Positions 10,193-20,053 of a stretch of DNA of 64,000 nt are shown here, piece by piece. Under the pieces are notes generated by a model. That model made no database searches and had not been told where the DNA came from. It worked only from the letters and a program-made list of their open reading frames with translations. Numbering within the stretch: the stretch's first letter is position 1; each line of letters opens with the position of its first letter. The stretch spans positions 39,991-103,990 of the forward strand of contig JAHEAA010000001.1 in assembly GCA_019721035.1 (NCBI GenBank), written 5' to 3'. The DNA is from Candidatus Sysuiplasma acidicola (GTDB lineage: Archaea; Thermoplasmatota; Thermoplasmata; Sysuiplasmatales; Sysuiplasmataceae). The translations under genes and the position numbers were made by a program.

Positions 10193-11215
10193 TCAGTTCC
10201 TGCGCCTGTAGGCTGCTGAAGCCGCCACCAGCACGATCGCGAGTGTCAGCGCAATGCCGTATATTATTATGTTTCCTGCCGCCTTGACGGCATTGTATAC
10301 AGCTGAGGTAATCGTCTGGGCGCTAATGCCTATCGTCGGATCATGTACTATCTTCTGGGCTGCAGGATAAGTAAGCGTGAGTTCCTGGCCTGAGAATGAA
10401 TAGCCCACGACCGCGCGCGTCCAGCCCTGCATACCACCGTTGGACACATAGGCGGTCTTGTTCCAGGCAAAGTAACCAGAATTATTGCCTTCTGTAAAAT
10501 TGAGCGCGAAACCATTATGCGTGCTGACTGCCGGCGGTATTCCAGATGGTGCGCTTATTTTCATCTGCAACGATATGTTACCAGACACTGGCGGACTTGT
10601 CTGCAGATTCATCGGGGAGGTTATGCTTGTGTTGATTATGATGAACGACAGCTTCACCTCATTCGGTGTGAGTGTCATCATTTTGCCCTGCATTGCCGGT
10701 GTTTGCACAGACGACGGTGCTCCGTTGACCTGGGCGATCATCGCAAACATCGTGTTTTCATGCAACACATATACGCCGAATTCCCTATATGAGCTATTGA
10801 AATTGTTGTTCATGGACATGCTCATATTGCTGTACATGGAGCTGTCCATGAGTGAGAAACCGGAATCGCCGAAATCTATCAGCGTCTCATTTCCGCCTGA
10901 TGCAGTGCTATAGACAAGTTTGTTTAGTGTTACTGCAAACTCCAGCGAAGAATTCTGCTGATTGGTGCTGTTTCTGAACGTCATGAGAAGCGTGTTTCCT
11001 GCAAAAACAAGTTCGAACTCGTTACTGTGCCCCGGAGGCGCTATCGACTTCGAGTCGATGCTGAAATATCCGTTGTTTGATGCATCGACTGAAACTTCCC
11101 TGTCCTGAGAGCCGTTGTCTGCCCTGGCAATAGAGCTGTATGCCAGAGGAACGAGCAGTACGGCAACGATCAGTATCGCGCCAATCTTGAGCGAGATGTG
11201 CTTATACATTCTCAC
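10193..11215 (-). CDS. Secreted, C-terminally anchored glycoprotein
   Basis: Signal peptide, many N-x-S/T sequons, YP....IVHDPTIG motif, C-terminal TM + RRRN. Confidence 0.8.
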   Translation of the reverse strand: MRMYKHISLKIGAILIVAVLLVPLAYSSIARADNGSQDREVSVDASNNGYFSIDSKSIAPPGHSNEFELVFAGNTLLMTFRNSTNQQNSSLEFAVTLNKLVYSTASGGNETLIDFGDSGFSLMDSSMYSNMSMSMNNNFNSSYREFGVYVLHENTMFAMIAQVNGAPSSVQTPAMQGKMMTLTPNEVKLSFIIINTSITSPMNLQTSPPVSGNISLQMKISAPSGIPPAVSTHNGFALNFTEGNNSGYFAWNKTAYVSNGGMQGWTRAVVGYSFSGQELTLTYPAAQKIVHDPTIGISAQTITSAVYNAVKAAGNIIIYGIALTLAIVLVAASAAYRRRN

Positions 11216-11301
11216 ACAAAATCAATCAGCGGGGTATAAAAGACTTCTTTAACACGTTTCGAATTGATTTACCCTTACGTGGAATGCCTGTCTGGTTTCT
11301 T

Positions 11302-11934
11302 TCAGGTTCTGATAAGGTTCTTGCAGGATGTGTCGCCTTTGCCTATACACGAGACGAGTTCCACTTCCGCCTTCCCGATCGGTTCCTTTACAAATGATGT
11401 GTCGCACTCATTGCACAGCACGCTTGAGAAGAGTTTTGCAGTCTTGTTGAAAATACAGTTGTGCCTGACCACAAATGTCTTTTCGCCGTCCTTTTCCACC
11501 GTTGCCATGAATCCCATCATGTTCAGGAAATTCACAACTTTACTGATGCGTTCTTCAACTGGCAGAGTGCTTTCACCCTCTGAGTCCTTGTTGAAATCCT
11601 TGACGACCTCTGAAATGAGCTGACTAAGAAGCACGTCGCCGCTTTTTTCGTGTATTTTCCGCATCAGTACGTTCAACAGTGTGTCGTAATGCTTCGGCAA
11701 CAGCTCAACTCCCAGCGGGGTGAGGTGATAAACCTTCCTCGGCCTTCCGACACCAAGATTGACAAAGCGCGATGAGATGATGCCCATTCGCTCCAAGGCA
11801 TCCATGTGTTCCCTGACGGCAGTCGTATTTATGCCAAGCAGGCCGGCAAGCTGCTGGCCAGTCTTTTCCCCTTCCCCAAGGCTCGCTATGATCTTCGCTT
11901 TCGATTCGCCGAGCATAGAGAGGTCAGAGTCCAT
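11302..11934 (-). CDS. sufR: SufR-like HTH regulator (COG2345 type) with a C-terminal Cys-rich sensor domain
   Basis: HTH (LGINTTAVREHMDALE), GVGRPRKVYHLT, HNCIF...LCNECD...SCIGKGDTSC; divergent from sufC. Confidence 0.8.
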   Translation of the reverse strand: MDSDLSMLGESKAKIIASLGEGEKTGQQLAGLLGINTTAVREHMDALERMGIISSRFVNLGVGRPRKVYHLTPLGVELLPKHYDTLLNVLMRKIHEKSGDVLLSQLISEVVKDFNKDSEGESTLPVEERISKVVNFLNMMGFMATVEKDGEKTFVVRHNCIFNKTAKLFSSVLCNECDTSFVKEPIGKAEVELVSCIGKGDTSCKNLIRT

Positions 11935-11982
11935 AGTTTCACTGTAATTCTTCAGCTATCTGCAGCTATTTAATTTTATGCA

Positions 11983-12008
11983 ATTTAAACACTAAGATAT
12001 GTTTAAAT
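11983..12008. promoter_or_regulatory. Inverted repeat ATTTAAACA-N8-TGTTTAAAT; candidate SufR operator overlapping TATA-like boxes
   Basis: Perfect 9-bp arms in the sufR/sufC intergenic region; each arm contains TTTAAA. Confidence 0.65.
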
Positions 12009-12068
12009 AGGAAATGACTTATCGAATAGCATACACCCCAAAAAATCCTTCAAAAAAGAGGCGTTGCA

Positions 12069-12824
12069 ATGGTTTCAGAACTCGTGATAAAGGACCTGCG
12101 GGTCAGCATAGAGGGAAAGCAGATACTTAAAGGGATCAATCTCACTGTGAGGCAGGGAGAGGTCCACGCAATCATGGGACCGAACGGCTCGGGAAAGAGC
12201 ACTCTGAGTTACGCTCTGATGGGACACCCCAAGTATCATGTGACCGGTGGACAGGTGTTGCTGGACGGCGAGGATATCATGGCCCTGGCGCCGGACAAGA
12301 GGGCCAGATTGGGCCTCTTTCTAGGCTTTCAGTACCCGGTGGAAGTGCCCGGCGTGAGACTGGGCAATTTTCTCAGGATAGCTTATAACGGCGCTCACGC
12401 CGACAATCAGCTCAGCCCCACAAAGTTTTTCAGGCTGCTTAAGGAAAAGGTAAATCTCCTTGGCATCGATGAGAATTTCATAGGGCGCTCACTGAATGAA
12501 GGTTTCTCCGGCGGCGAAAAGAAAAGGGCTGAAGTGCTGCAGATGGCCGTGCTGCAGCCCAAATTCGGAATACTCGATGAGACAGACAGCGGCCTGGATA
12601 TTGATTCTCTCAAAATTGTTTCAAACGCGATAAACACCATGGCCGGTCCGGGCATCGGTCTCGTGCTGGTCACACACTACCAGCGTCTTCTGCAGTACAT
12701 CACACCGCAGTTTGTGCATGTTGTCGTGGATGGCAGAATAGTGAAGAGCGGCGGAAGAGAGCTGGCAAAGGAACTGGAGGAAAAAGGATATGACTGGCTC
12801 AAAGAACCGGCTATAACCGGGTAG
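12069..12824 (+). CDS. sufC: Fe-S assembly ABC ATPase
   Basis: GPNGSGKST, FQYPVEVPGV, LNEGFSGGEKKRAE, ILDETDSGLDID, VTHY. Confidence 0.97.
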   Translation: MVSELVIKDLRVSIEGKQILKGINLTVRQGEVHAIMGPNGSGKSTLSYALMGHPKYHVTGGQVLLDGEDIMALAPDKRARLGLFLGFQYPVEVPGVRLGNFLRIAYNGAHADNQLSPTKFFRLLKEKVNLLGIDENFIGRSLNEGFSGGEKKRAEVLQMAVLQPKFGILDETDSGLDIDSLKIVSNAINTMAGPGIGLVLVTHYQRLLQYITPQFVHVVVDGRIVKSGGRELAKELEEKGYDWLKEPAITG

Positions 12825-12835
12825 AGGACATCGAC

Positions 12836-13213
12836 ATGGCATTTGACATTTATCAGGAAGAAATAATAGAACATTACAAGAAGCCTCAGAACAAGGGTGT
12901 GATAGAGCATCCGGACATGTTCAGCCACGGCAATAATCCGGTATGCGGTGATGACATAACTGTGTACCTTCGAGTCAACAACGATACAATCACTGATGTC
13001 AAGTTCGACGGACGCGGATGTGCCATAAGCCAGGCGTCCGCCTCCATGCTCACAGAAAAGGTGAAGGGCATGAAGCTGGCGGATGTTGCGAAGCTCACCG
13101 CAGACGACATAAAGGAGATGCTGCACATTCCACTCAGTGCTGTTAGAATGAAGTGTGCGACTCTTTCTCTTAACACGATTCATGAAGCAACAGCAGGAGG
13201 GGCTGTACGGTGA
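12836..13213 (+). CDS. sufU: SufU/NifU-N type scaffold or sulfur acceptor
   Basis: IIEHYKKPQN, NPVCGD, GCAISQASAS, RMKCA. Confidence 0.92.
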   Translation: MAFDIYQEEIIEHYKKPQNKGVIEHPDMFSHGNNPVCGDDITVYLRVNNDTITDVKFDGRGCAISQASASMLTEKVKGMKLADVAKLTADDIKEMLHIPLSAVRMKCATLSLNTIHEATAGGAVR

Positions 13214-14142
13214 TTTGCAATGAAGTGAGAATGCAGTATGGTGACGACATACTGAGCAGGATAGGCAACACGCCTCTCCTGAGGCTCGAGAGGATCACGC
13301 AAGGCATGCCTCGAGTTCACATTTACGCAAAGGCGGAATGGTTCAACCCTGGAGGAAGTGTGAAGGACCGAACGGCGCTGGGTATCGTGGATGAGGCAAT
13401 AGTCTCGGGCAAACTCACAAAGAACAAAGTGCTGCTGGATGCTTCCTCGGGAAACACTGGCATAGCATACTCGATGATATGCGCTGTCAAGGGATTCAGA
13501 TCGACTATAGTGGTTCCCGGCAACATCGGGAAGGAGAAGCTCGAGATACTCAGGGCATACGGAGCAGAAGTAGTTCTCAGCAGCCCGATGGAAGGCACAG
13601 ACGGCTCGCAGAGACTTGCGAAAAAGATGGCCGAGCAGCATCCTGATCTCTACTTTTATGCAGACCAGTACAACAATGAAAGCAACTGGAAGGCTCACTA
13701 CTTACGCACTGGACGGGAGATTTTCGAACAGACAGAAGGTGAAATTGATTATTTCGTAGCCGGGCTCGGTACAGGCGGAACGTTTACCGGTGTGAGCCGC
13801 CTGCTGAAAGAGAGAAATAAATCAATAAGAACGGTGGCTGTCGAACCAGATTCCCCCTTGCACGGTATAGAGGGTCTGAAAAGAATGGACGCATCGGTGA
13901 GGCCCGGCATTTATGACGAGTCTATCGCTGATGAGCACGTCTATGTCAGCACCGAGGACGCGCAGAAGACGGTAATCAGAGCCGCCAGGACGGAAGGATT
14001 GCTTCTCGGCGTGAGCTCGGGAGCCGCGCTAAAGGCGTGCATGGACATAGCGGAGAGAGAAGGGAGAGGAAACATTGTGACGGTTTTTCCGGACAACGGT
14101 CAGCGGTATCTTGGCGAAAAGTTCTGGGAGGACAATCTATGA
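13210..14142 (+). CDS. cysM: PLP-dependent cysteine synthase, probably CysM/CysO-dependent type
   Basis: IGNTPL, KAEWFNPGGSVKDR, ASSGNTG, DQYNN, GLGTGGT, GVSSGA, FPDNGQRYL. True start may be GTG 13225 or ATG 13231. Confidence 0.88.
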   Translation: MICNEVRMQYGDDILSRIGNTPLLRLERITQGMPRVHIYAKAEWFNPGGSVKDRTALGIVDEAIVSGKLTKNKVLLDASSGNTGIAYSMICAVKGFRSTIVVPGNIGKEKLEILRAYGAEVVLSSPMEGTDGSQRLAKKMAEQHPDLYFYADQYNNESNWKAHYLRTGREIFEQTEGEIDYFVAGLGTGGTFTGVSRLLKERNKSIRTVAVEPDSPLHGIEGLKRMDASVRPGIYDESIADEHVYVSTEDAQKTVIRAARTEGLLLGVSSGAALKACMDIAEREGRGNIVTVFPDNGQRYLGEKFWEDNL

Positions 14143-15569
14143 CTGCATCAAGTGTAAAGGTAATGATTCCCACGCCGCTAAGGCAGTATGTGGGTAACAG
14201 GGACACAGTTGAACTCAGGGGCGAGACGGTAGACGAAGTGCTGCGCAGTCTGGCCGATTCAAGCGTACAGCTGAAGAAACACCTGTATGACGACGGAGGG
14301 AAGATACGGAATTTCGTTAACGTGTACTTGAACGAGGAGGACATACGCTACCTTGAACGCGGCAGGACACAGGTCAGGGAAGGCGACGTGATAGCGATCA
14401 TTCCATCTATCGCCGGCGGCGCTGCCGGACTGGAGGAAGCATTCTCGTACGAAGACATACAGAGATACAGCCGCCATCTGCTTCTGCCCGAAGTGGGTCT
14501 GGAGGGCCAGCTCAAGCTGCGAAATTCCAGTGTGCTGGTTATCGGCGCGGGCGGTCTCGGCTCACCTCTGCTGCTTTATCTGGCCGCCGCGGGCGTAGGA
14601 ACAATTGGTATTGTCGACTTCGACACAGTCGACTTCAGCAACCTTCAGAGGCAGATTATACATTCACAGAAGGATGTCGGAAGGAAGAAAATCGATTCTG
14701 CGGAAGAGAAGATAAAGGGAATAAATCCGCACATCAGGGTCGTCAAGCATGAAGTTCAGATAACTTCTGAAAATGCGTTTGACATCATACGCAATTACGA
14801 CGTGGTGATAGACGGCACAGACAATTTTCCGACGCGTTACCTCGTCAACGATGCCTGCGTGCTGCTCGGAAAACCAAATGTCTACGGCTCCATTTACAGA
14901 TTCGAGGGACAGGTGTCGGTGTTCGATGCAAAAAGGGGTCCATGCTACAGGTGCCTGTATGAGAATCCCCCGCCTCCAGGACTCGTTCCATCCTGCGCAG
15001 AAGGAGGAGTCGTCGGCGTTCTTCCGGGAACGGTCGGAACGCTTCAGGCGATGGAAACAATCAAGCTAATACTCGGCCAGGGCGAACCGCTGATTGGTAG
15101 GCTTCTTCTGTTCGACGCGATGAAAATGCGCTTCAAGGAACTGAAACTCAGAAAGAATCCGGACTGTCCTGTCTGTGGAACCCATCCGACAGTGACCGAG
15201 CTCATAGACTACGAGCAGTTCTGCGGCATAACACATAATGCCGAAGCCGAAGGAGATGTGATTACTGTTGAGGAGCTGAACAGAAAATTCGGCGCAGGCG
15301 AATCGTTTGTGCTCCTCGATGTAAGGGAACCGCAGGAATGGGACATATGCCGCATAAACGGCGCGAAGCTCATTCCGATGAATGATGTCCCGGCAAGGGT
15401 AAGCGAACTCAATACGGCTGACGACATCATTGTGTACTGTAAGGCGGGACAGCGCAGCGCATACGTAATGAATTTCCTGAAGGATATCGGTTTCAGAAAG
15501 GTCAGGAATCTTAAGGGCGGCATCAATGCATGGGCGGAAAAAGTGGATCCGTCCTTGCCGAGGTACTGA
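14139..15569 (+). CDS. moeZ: Fusion of ubiquitin-like sulfur carrier (CysO/SAMP/MoaD), E1-like adenylyltransferase (MoeB) and rhodanese (MoeZ-like)
   Basis: ATG 14139 with GGAGG SD and ATGA overlap. aa 1-94 beta-grasp ending IIPSIAGG, then RYSRH, GAGGLG, SNLQRQ, DGTDNF, CYRC, SCAEGG, CPVC, and rhodanese CKAGQRS...LKGGINAW. Confidence 0.92.
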   Translation: MTASSVKVMIPTPLRQYVGNRDTVELRGETVDEVLRSLADSSVQLKKHLYDDGGKIRNFVNVYLNEEDIRYLERGRTQVREGDVIAIIPSIAGGAAGLEEAFSYEDIQRYSRHLLLPEVGLEGQLKLRNSSVLVIGAGGLGSPLLLYLAAAGVGTIGIVDFDTVDFSNLQRQIIHSQKDVGRKKIDSAEEKIKGINPHIRVVKHEVQITSENAFDIIRNYDVVIDGTDNFPTRYLVNDACVLLGKPNVYGSIYRFEGQVSVFDAKRGPCYRCLYENPPPPGLVPSCAEGGVVGVLPGTVGTLQAMETIKLILGQGEPLIGRLLLFDAMKMRFKELKLRKNPDCPVCGTHPTVTELIDYEQFCGITHNAEAEGDVITVEELNRKFGAGESFVLLDVREPQEWDICRINGAKLIPMNDVPARVSELNTADDIIVYCKAGQRSAYVMNFLKDIGFRKVRNLKGGINAWAEKVDPSLPRY

Positions 15570-15612
15570 CGATGAATATCAATGTGGCAGGTAATGAAAT
15601 GGAAGTGATTAA

Positions 15613-17016
15613 ATGGTAAACGAACAGGCAATAGATCGTGACTACAGCAAGTATGGATTCTATGATGAAGACGCGAAGTACGTCTTCCAGACCAAGAGAG
15701 GTCTGAGCAAAGAAGTCGTGGAAGCCATATCGAAACACAAGAATGAACCGCAGTGGATGCTGGACTTCAGACTCCGCTCGCTGGACTTGTTTAACCGGAA
15801 ACCGCTCCCCGCATGGGGCACGGATCTGAGCGAGATAGACTTCGATAGCATCTATTACTACATGGCGCCATCGGGCAAGAACAGCGACAGCTGGGACGAT
15901 GTGCCCGATTACGTGAAGAGAACATTCGACAAACTCGGGATACCGGAGGCGGAAAAGAAGTTCCTAGGCGGCGTCGGGGCTCAGTATGACAGCGAGGTCG
16001 TCTACCACAAGATACGCGAGGACCTGAGCAAGAAGGGTGTCATCTTCATGGGCACCGACGAGGGCCTTAGAGAGCATCCAGAAATATTCAAAGAATACTT
16101 CGGCACGATCATACCACCAGAAGACAACAAGTTTGCGGCGCTCAACAGCGCCGTCTGGAGCGGTGGCAGTTTCATCTATGTGCCGGAAGGCGTCGAGGTC
16201 GACATACCGCTGCAGGCGTATTTCAGGATCAATGCGAGGAGCGTCGGTCAGTTCGAGAGGACGCTGATCATAGCGGAGGAGAAGAGCCGCATACACTACA
16301 TCGAAGGCTGCACGGCACCGACATATTCCAAGGATTCGCTGCATTCCGCGGTCGTGGAGATACTGGCGAAGAAAGGTGCATACGTCCGCTATACCACCAT
16401 TCAGAACTGGTCCAACAATGTTTACAATCTGGTAACCAAGAGGGCGTTTGCGCATGAGGACGCGACCGTTGAGTGGATTGACGGAAACATAGGATCGAAA
16501 CTGACAATGAAATATCCGTCCGTATACCTGCTGGGACCAAGAGCAAAGGGTGAGGTGATATCCATAGCCTTTGCTGGCAGGGACCAGCATCAGGATGCCG
16601 GAGCGAAGATACTGCATTTCGCGCCTGAGACGACGTCGAGGATCACGTCGAAGAGTGTGAGCAAGGACGGCGGAAGGACAACATACCGCGGTCTCCTGCA
16701 CATAGAGAAGGGCGCCACTGCGTCAAAGAGCAGCGTCAGATGCGACGCACTGCTGCTTGACGAAAAGTCCAGAACGGACACATATCCATACAATGAGATT
16801 AATGAGGAGACTGCGTCGACAACGCACGAGGCAACAGTCGGAAAGATAAGTGAGGAGCAGCTGTTCTATCTGATGTCCAGGGGACTGAGCGAGGCAGACG
16901 CCCTCAACATGATCGTCATGGGTTTCCTCGACGTATTCTCGAAGGAACTTCCCATGGAGTATGCGGTCGAGCTGAACAGACTGATACAGCTCGAAATGAC
17001 CGGTTCCGTCGGGTGA
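15613..17016 (+). CDS. sufB: Fe-S assembly protein SufB
   Basis: [59 protein letters not shown]. Confidence 0.97.
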   Translation: MVNEQAIDRDYSKYGFYDEDAKYVFQTKRGLSKEVVEAISKHKNEPQWMLDFRLRSLDLFNRKPLPAWGTDLSEIDFDSIYYYMAPSGKNSDSWDDVPDYVKRTFDKLGIPEAEKKFLGGVGAQYDSEVVYHKIREDLSKKGVIFMGTDEGLREHPEIFKEYFGTIIPPEDNKFAALNSAVWSGGSFIYVPEGVEVDIPLQAYFRINARSVGQFERTLIIAEEKSRIHYIEGCTAPTYSKDSLHSAVVEILAKKGAYVRYTTIQNWSNNVYNLVTKRAFAHEDATVEWIDGNIGSKLTMKYPSVYLLGPRAKGEVISIAFAGRDQHQDAGAKILHFAPETTSRITSKSVSKDGGRTTYRGLLHIEKGATASKSSVRCDALLLDEKSRTDTYPYNEINEETASTTHEATVGKISEEQLFYLMSRGLSEADALNMIVMGFLDVFSKELPMEYAVELNRLIQLEMTGSVG

Positions 17017-17039
17017 ACCTGAAACGACGGTGCTCCGTT

Positions 17040-18443
17040 ATGGCAGTAACAACACGCGACTTGCTCAAACCGGCCGAGTCGGACCTTCCCGAAATCATTG
17101 GTGAACCCACGTGGTTGAAGGAATATAGGAGACATGCACTGCGGGTGTTCAGCTCATCGAAGGTCGAACCGAATCCGCTGTATGTGAAGTATGAGACACT
17201 CACCAGGTTTGAGGCGGCGGGCGTGGCGGTCGCGGAGCCACCCGTAAAGACGGACAGCATAACGGGGGGTTTCGCCGATCTCGTTAGCAGCAGCACATTC
17301 ATGCTGCAGTCCGGAGGAGCGTTCCATATTGCAGGCGACCTGCCACCGGGCGTTATTTTCGAGGAGATGCACGATGCGATCACGAAACACGGCAATATGC
17401 TAAAGGAAGCATTCGGCAGGAAGGGTCTGAGTCCAGAGGACGACGTCTACGTCGCACTCAACAGTGCCATGTTCTCCTCCGGATATTTCCTGCATGTGCC
17501 GGACGGCGTCGTGCTTGAGAGCCCGATACACATACTCAATATCGAAGATGTTCCGGGCACCGCAAGATTCAACCAGAACATCGTGCAGATTGGTGATAAT
17601 GGCGGTGCAACTGTCATCGAGGAGATACTATCCCCTGAAGATTTCTCCCGGAAGTCGTTGTTTTCCAGCGTGACAGATGTGATGCTCGGCCGGAACGCAG
17701 AGCTGCATCATGCATCTCTTGAGAACCTTTCCTCCGGAGCAGTATACCTTTCCAGCAAGAGGTGTCTCGCCTCGAGCGACAGCAGGATGCACTGGGTTTC
17801 CAGCATGATGGGGTCGGATGTGACCAGATCGCGCGCTGATACCAGATTCGTGGGCCGTGGCGCATCTACTGACGATTACGAGATATTGTTCGGCAACGGC
17901 AAACAGCGATTTGACGTGGTGACCGATTTACACCACGATGTCGAGTCCACAAACGGCCGGATTACCGTCAGAAGCGTGCTGAAGGGACAGTCAAGGGCTC
18001 TTCTTCGCGGCATGATCAGGATTGGCGAGAATGCGGCGAATACAAACTCCTATCTTGCGGAACACGGCATGCTCATGAGCAAGGACGCAAAGTGCGACGC
18101 CATACCCGGACTGGAGATACTGACGAACGGCGTCAAGGCCACACACTCCGCGTCAGTTTCCCAGCTGGACGATCAGCAGCTGTATTACATTCAGTCGAGG
18201 GGTCTTGACAGGGATGAGGCCGAAAAGATGCTCGTTCTCGGTTTCTTTGATCCGGTGATTTCAAGAGTGCCGCTGGATACAATACGCGACAAGCTGCGAT
18301 TCCAGATAGAGGATAAATGGAACAATGTAGTATCGCTAAAAGCATCCAGGCATCTCGATGAAATTGAATTTGAGAAGTATGTCAAGGACCAGATCAAGGG
18401 ACCGGGAGAAAGCATTTTCGAAGGGCACTACAAGTACAGGTGA
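17040..18443 (+). CDS. sufD: Fe-S assembly protein SufD
   Basis: SufBD beta-helix; AIPGLEI, KATHSASV, YIQSRG, LVLGFF; C-terminal tail ending FEGHYKYR. Confidence 0.92.
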   Translation: MAVTTRDLLKPAESDLPEIIGEPTWLKEYRRHALRVFSSSKVEPNPLYVKYETLTRFEAAGVAVAEPPVKTDSITGGFADLVSSSTFMLQSGGAFHIAGDLPPGVIFEEMHDAITKHGNMLKEAFGRKGLSPEDDVYVALNSAMFSSGYFLHVPDGVVLESPIHILNIEDVPGTARFNQNIVQIGDNGGATVIEEILSPEDFSRKSLFSSVTDVMLGRNAELHHASLENLSSGAVYLSSKRCLASSDSRMHWVSSMMGSDVTRSRADTRFVGRGASTDDYEILFGNGKQRFDVVTDLHHDVESTNGRITVRSVLKGQSRALLRGMIRIGENAANTNSYLAEHGMLMSKDAKCDAIPGLEILTNGVKATHSASVSQLDDQQLYYIQSRGLDRDEAEKMLVLGFFDPVISRVPLDTIRDKLRFQIEDKWNNVVSLKASRHLDEIEFEKYVKDQIKGPGESIFEGHYKYR

Positions 18444-18755
18444 GTGTCTTTGCCCTTCACAAAGGTGGCGTCCAGGACGGATTTTATGGGGCGAAGCATA
18501 AAGAAGGTCGATGTGGACGGCCGCAGCATCATGATAATAAGGCTGGGTGAAGAATACCACGCACTGGATGCCACGTGCACGCACGAGGACGCAGATTTGT
18601 CCAGAGGCATTCTCATGGGACGGACGATAGTGTGCCCCCTTCACCTGTCGCGATTCAGCGTCGACACCGGTGAAGTGGAGAATCCGCCGGCGACAGAGCA
18701 TCTGCAGAAGTATGAACTTAAAGTGGAAGGAGACGATATACTTGTCGAACTGTGA
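18444..18755 (+). CDS. Rieske [2Fe-2S] ferredoxin
   Basis: CTH...CPLH Rieske ligands; GEVENPPA. Confidence 0.92.
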   Translation: MSLPFTKVASRTDFMGRSIKKVDVDGRSIMIIRLGEEYHALDATCTHEDADLSRGILMGRTIVCPLHLSRFSVDTGEVENPPATEHLQKYELKVEGDDILVEL

Positions 18756-20002
18756 GTGGAGCTTCCATGCATGCGCTTGACAGACTGGAACAAATTTCGC
18801 CTCTGAAGCGTGATTTTCCGATATTCTCGGAGAAGAGCAGGGAGTCGCTAGTCTATCTGGACAGTGCGGCAACCAGCCAGAAACCCGCCGTCGTCATAGA
18901 TGCAGTGGATGAATTCGAGAGGAGCTGCAACGCAAATGTGCACCGCGGCATATACCCTCTCAGCGAAGAAGCCACCGAACGATACGAAGACGCGAGGACC
19001 AAGGCTGCCCGTTTCATTGGTGCGCGTTCGCCTTCAGAAATAGTCTTCCTGCGGGGAACGACCGAGGCGCTGAATGTGCTGGCGCTGAGTTTCGGAACAT
19101 GGAAACTCAGGCGAGGCGACGAGGTGCTCACGACCGTAATGGAACATCATTCCAATATCGTGCCCTGGCAGATGCTCTCCTGGAAGGGTGTCGTCGTGAA
19201 ATTTGTCGATATCGACGAGAGGGGGCACATAGATATGGCCGATTTCGAAAGCAAGATCAGCGACAGGACGAAAATAGTCACCATCGCCCATGCGTCAAAC
19301 GTGCTTGGTACAGTGAATCCTATCAGGGAGATGGGAAGAATTGCACACGAACATTCGTCGACATTCATAGTGGACGGGGCTCAGTCCGCTCCCCATATTC
19401 CGCTCAACATGAAGGATTTGGAATGCGACTTTTTTGCGCTGTCGGGCCACAAGATGCTTGCACCCACCGGCATCGGCGTGCTGTATGGTCGCAGCGAACT
19501 GCTGCAGGAGATGGAACCGGCATTCGGCGGCGGTGAGATGATCAGCGAAGTGCATCAGCGCGGCTCAAAGTGGGCCGATCCGCCGTACAGGTTCGAGGCG
19601 GGCACTCCAAACATCAGCGGAGCGATTGGCCTCGGGGCCGCGATAGACTATCTCACCTCGATTGGAATGGAGAATGTGGAAAGATATGACAAGGAGATAC
19701 TTACCTATGCAATGAGCCGTCTTCTTGAGAACAAAGACATAGAAATATACGGTCCGACGGATATTGAGGAGAGGAGCGGCGTCATATCTTTCAACATCAG
19801 AGGCGTGCATGGCCACGATACGGCCGAAATACTGGGAAGGGAGGGTGTGGCGATAAGGTCCGGGCATCACTGTGCACAGCCGTTGATGGACAGACTCCAA
19901 ATACCGTCAACATCAAGGGCGTCATTCCAGATATACAACGGGCGGAGCGACATAGATGCCCTCGTGAACGCACTCGATGTTGTCAGAAAGGTGTTTGCCT
20001 GA
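18752..20002 (+). CDS. sufS: Cysteine desulfurase, group II
   Basis: YLDSAATSQKP, ANVHRG, MEHHSN, DGAQ, SGHKM, EAGTPN, RSGHHCAQP. Confidence 0.96.
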   Translation: MSGASMHALDRLEQISPLKRDFPIFSEKSRESLVYLDSAATSQKPAVVIDAVDEFERSCNANVHRGIYPLSEEATERYEDARTKAARFIGARSPSEIVFLRGTTEALNVLALSFGTWKLRRGDEVLTTVMEHHSNIVPWQMLSWKGVVVKFVDIDERGHIDMADFESKISDRTKIVTIAHASNVLGTVNPIREMGRIAHEHSSTFIVDGAQSAPHIPLNMKDLECDFFALSGHKMLAPTGIGVLYGRSELLQEMEPAFGGGEMISEVHQRGSKWADPPYRFEAGTPNISGAIGLGAAIDYLTSIGMENVERYDKEILTYAMSRLLENKDIEIYGPTDIEERSGVISFNIRGVHGHDTAEILGREGVAIRSGHHCAQPLMDRLQIPSTSRASFQIYNGRSDIDALVNALDVVRKVFA

Positions 20003-20053
20003 AATACTCGTTTTGTTCATTGCTCCGGCGGAGCGCGATGAATGGGTGATGCA

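Noticed and set aside
14037-14138. 34-aa N-terminal extension of the Ubl-E1 ORF in the track
   Set aside because: It lies inside cysM; ATG 14139 has a GGAGG SD and ATGA coupling and matches Ubl length.
15964-16701. 245-aa antisense ORF in sufB (likewise 34196-35011, 45867-46586, 41109-41792, 8020-8793)
   Set aside because: Shadow frames of strongly conserved genes, with no motifs.
18438-18452. sufD TGA immediately in-frame with the Rieske gene (possible Sec/read-through)
   Set aside because: HYKYR looks like a natural C-terminus, AGGTGA serves as SD for the next gene, and no SECIS-like element was seen.
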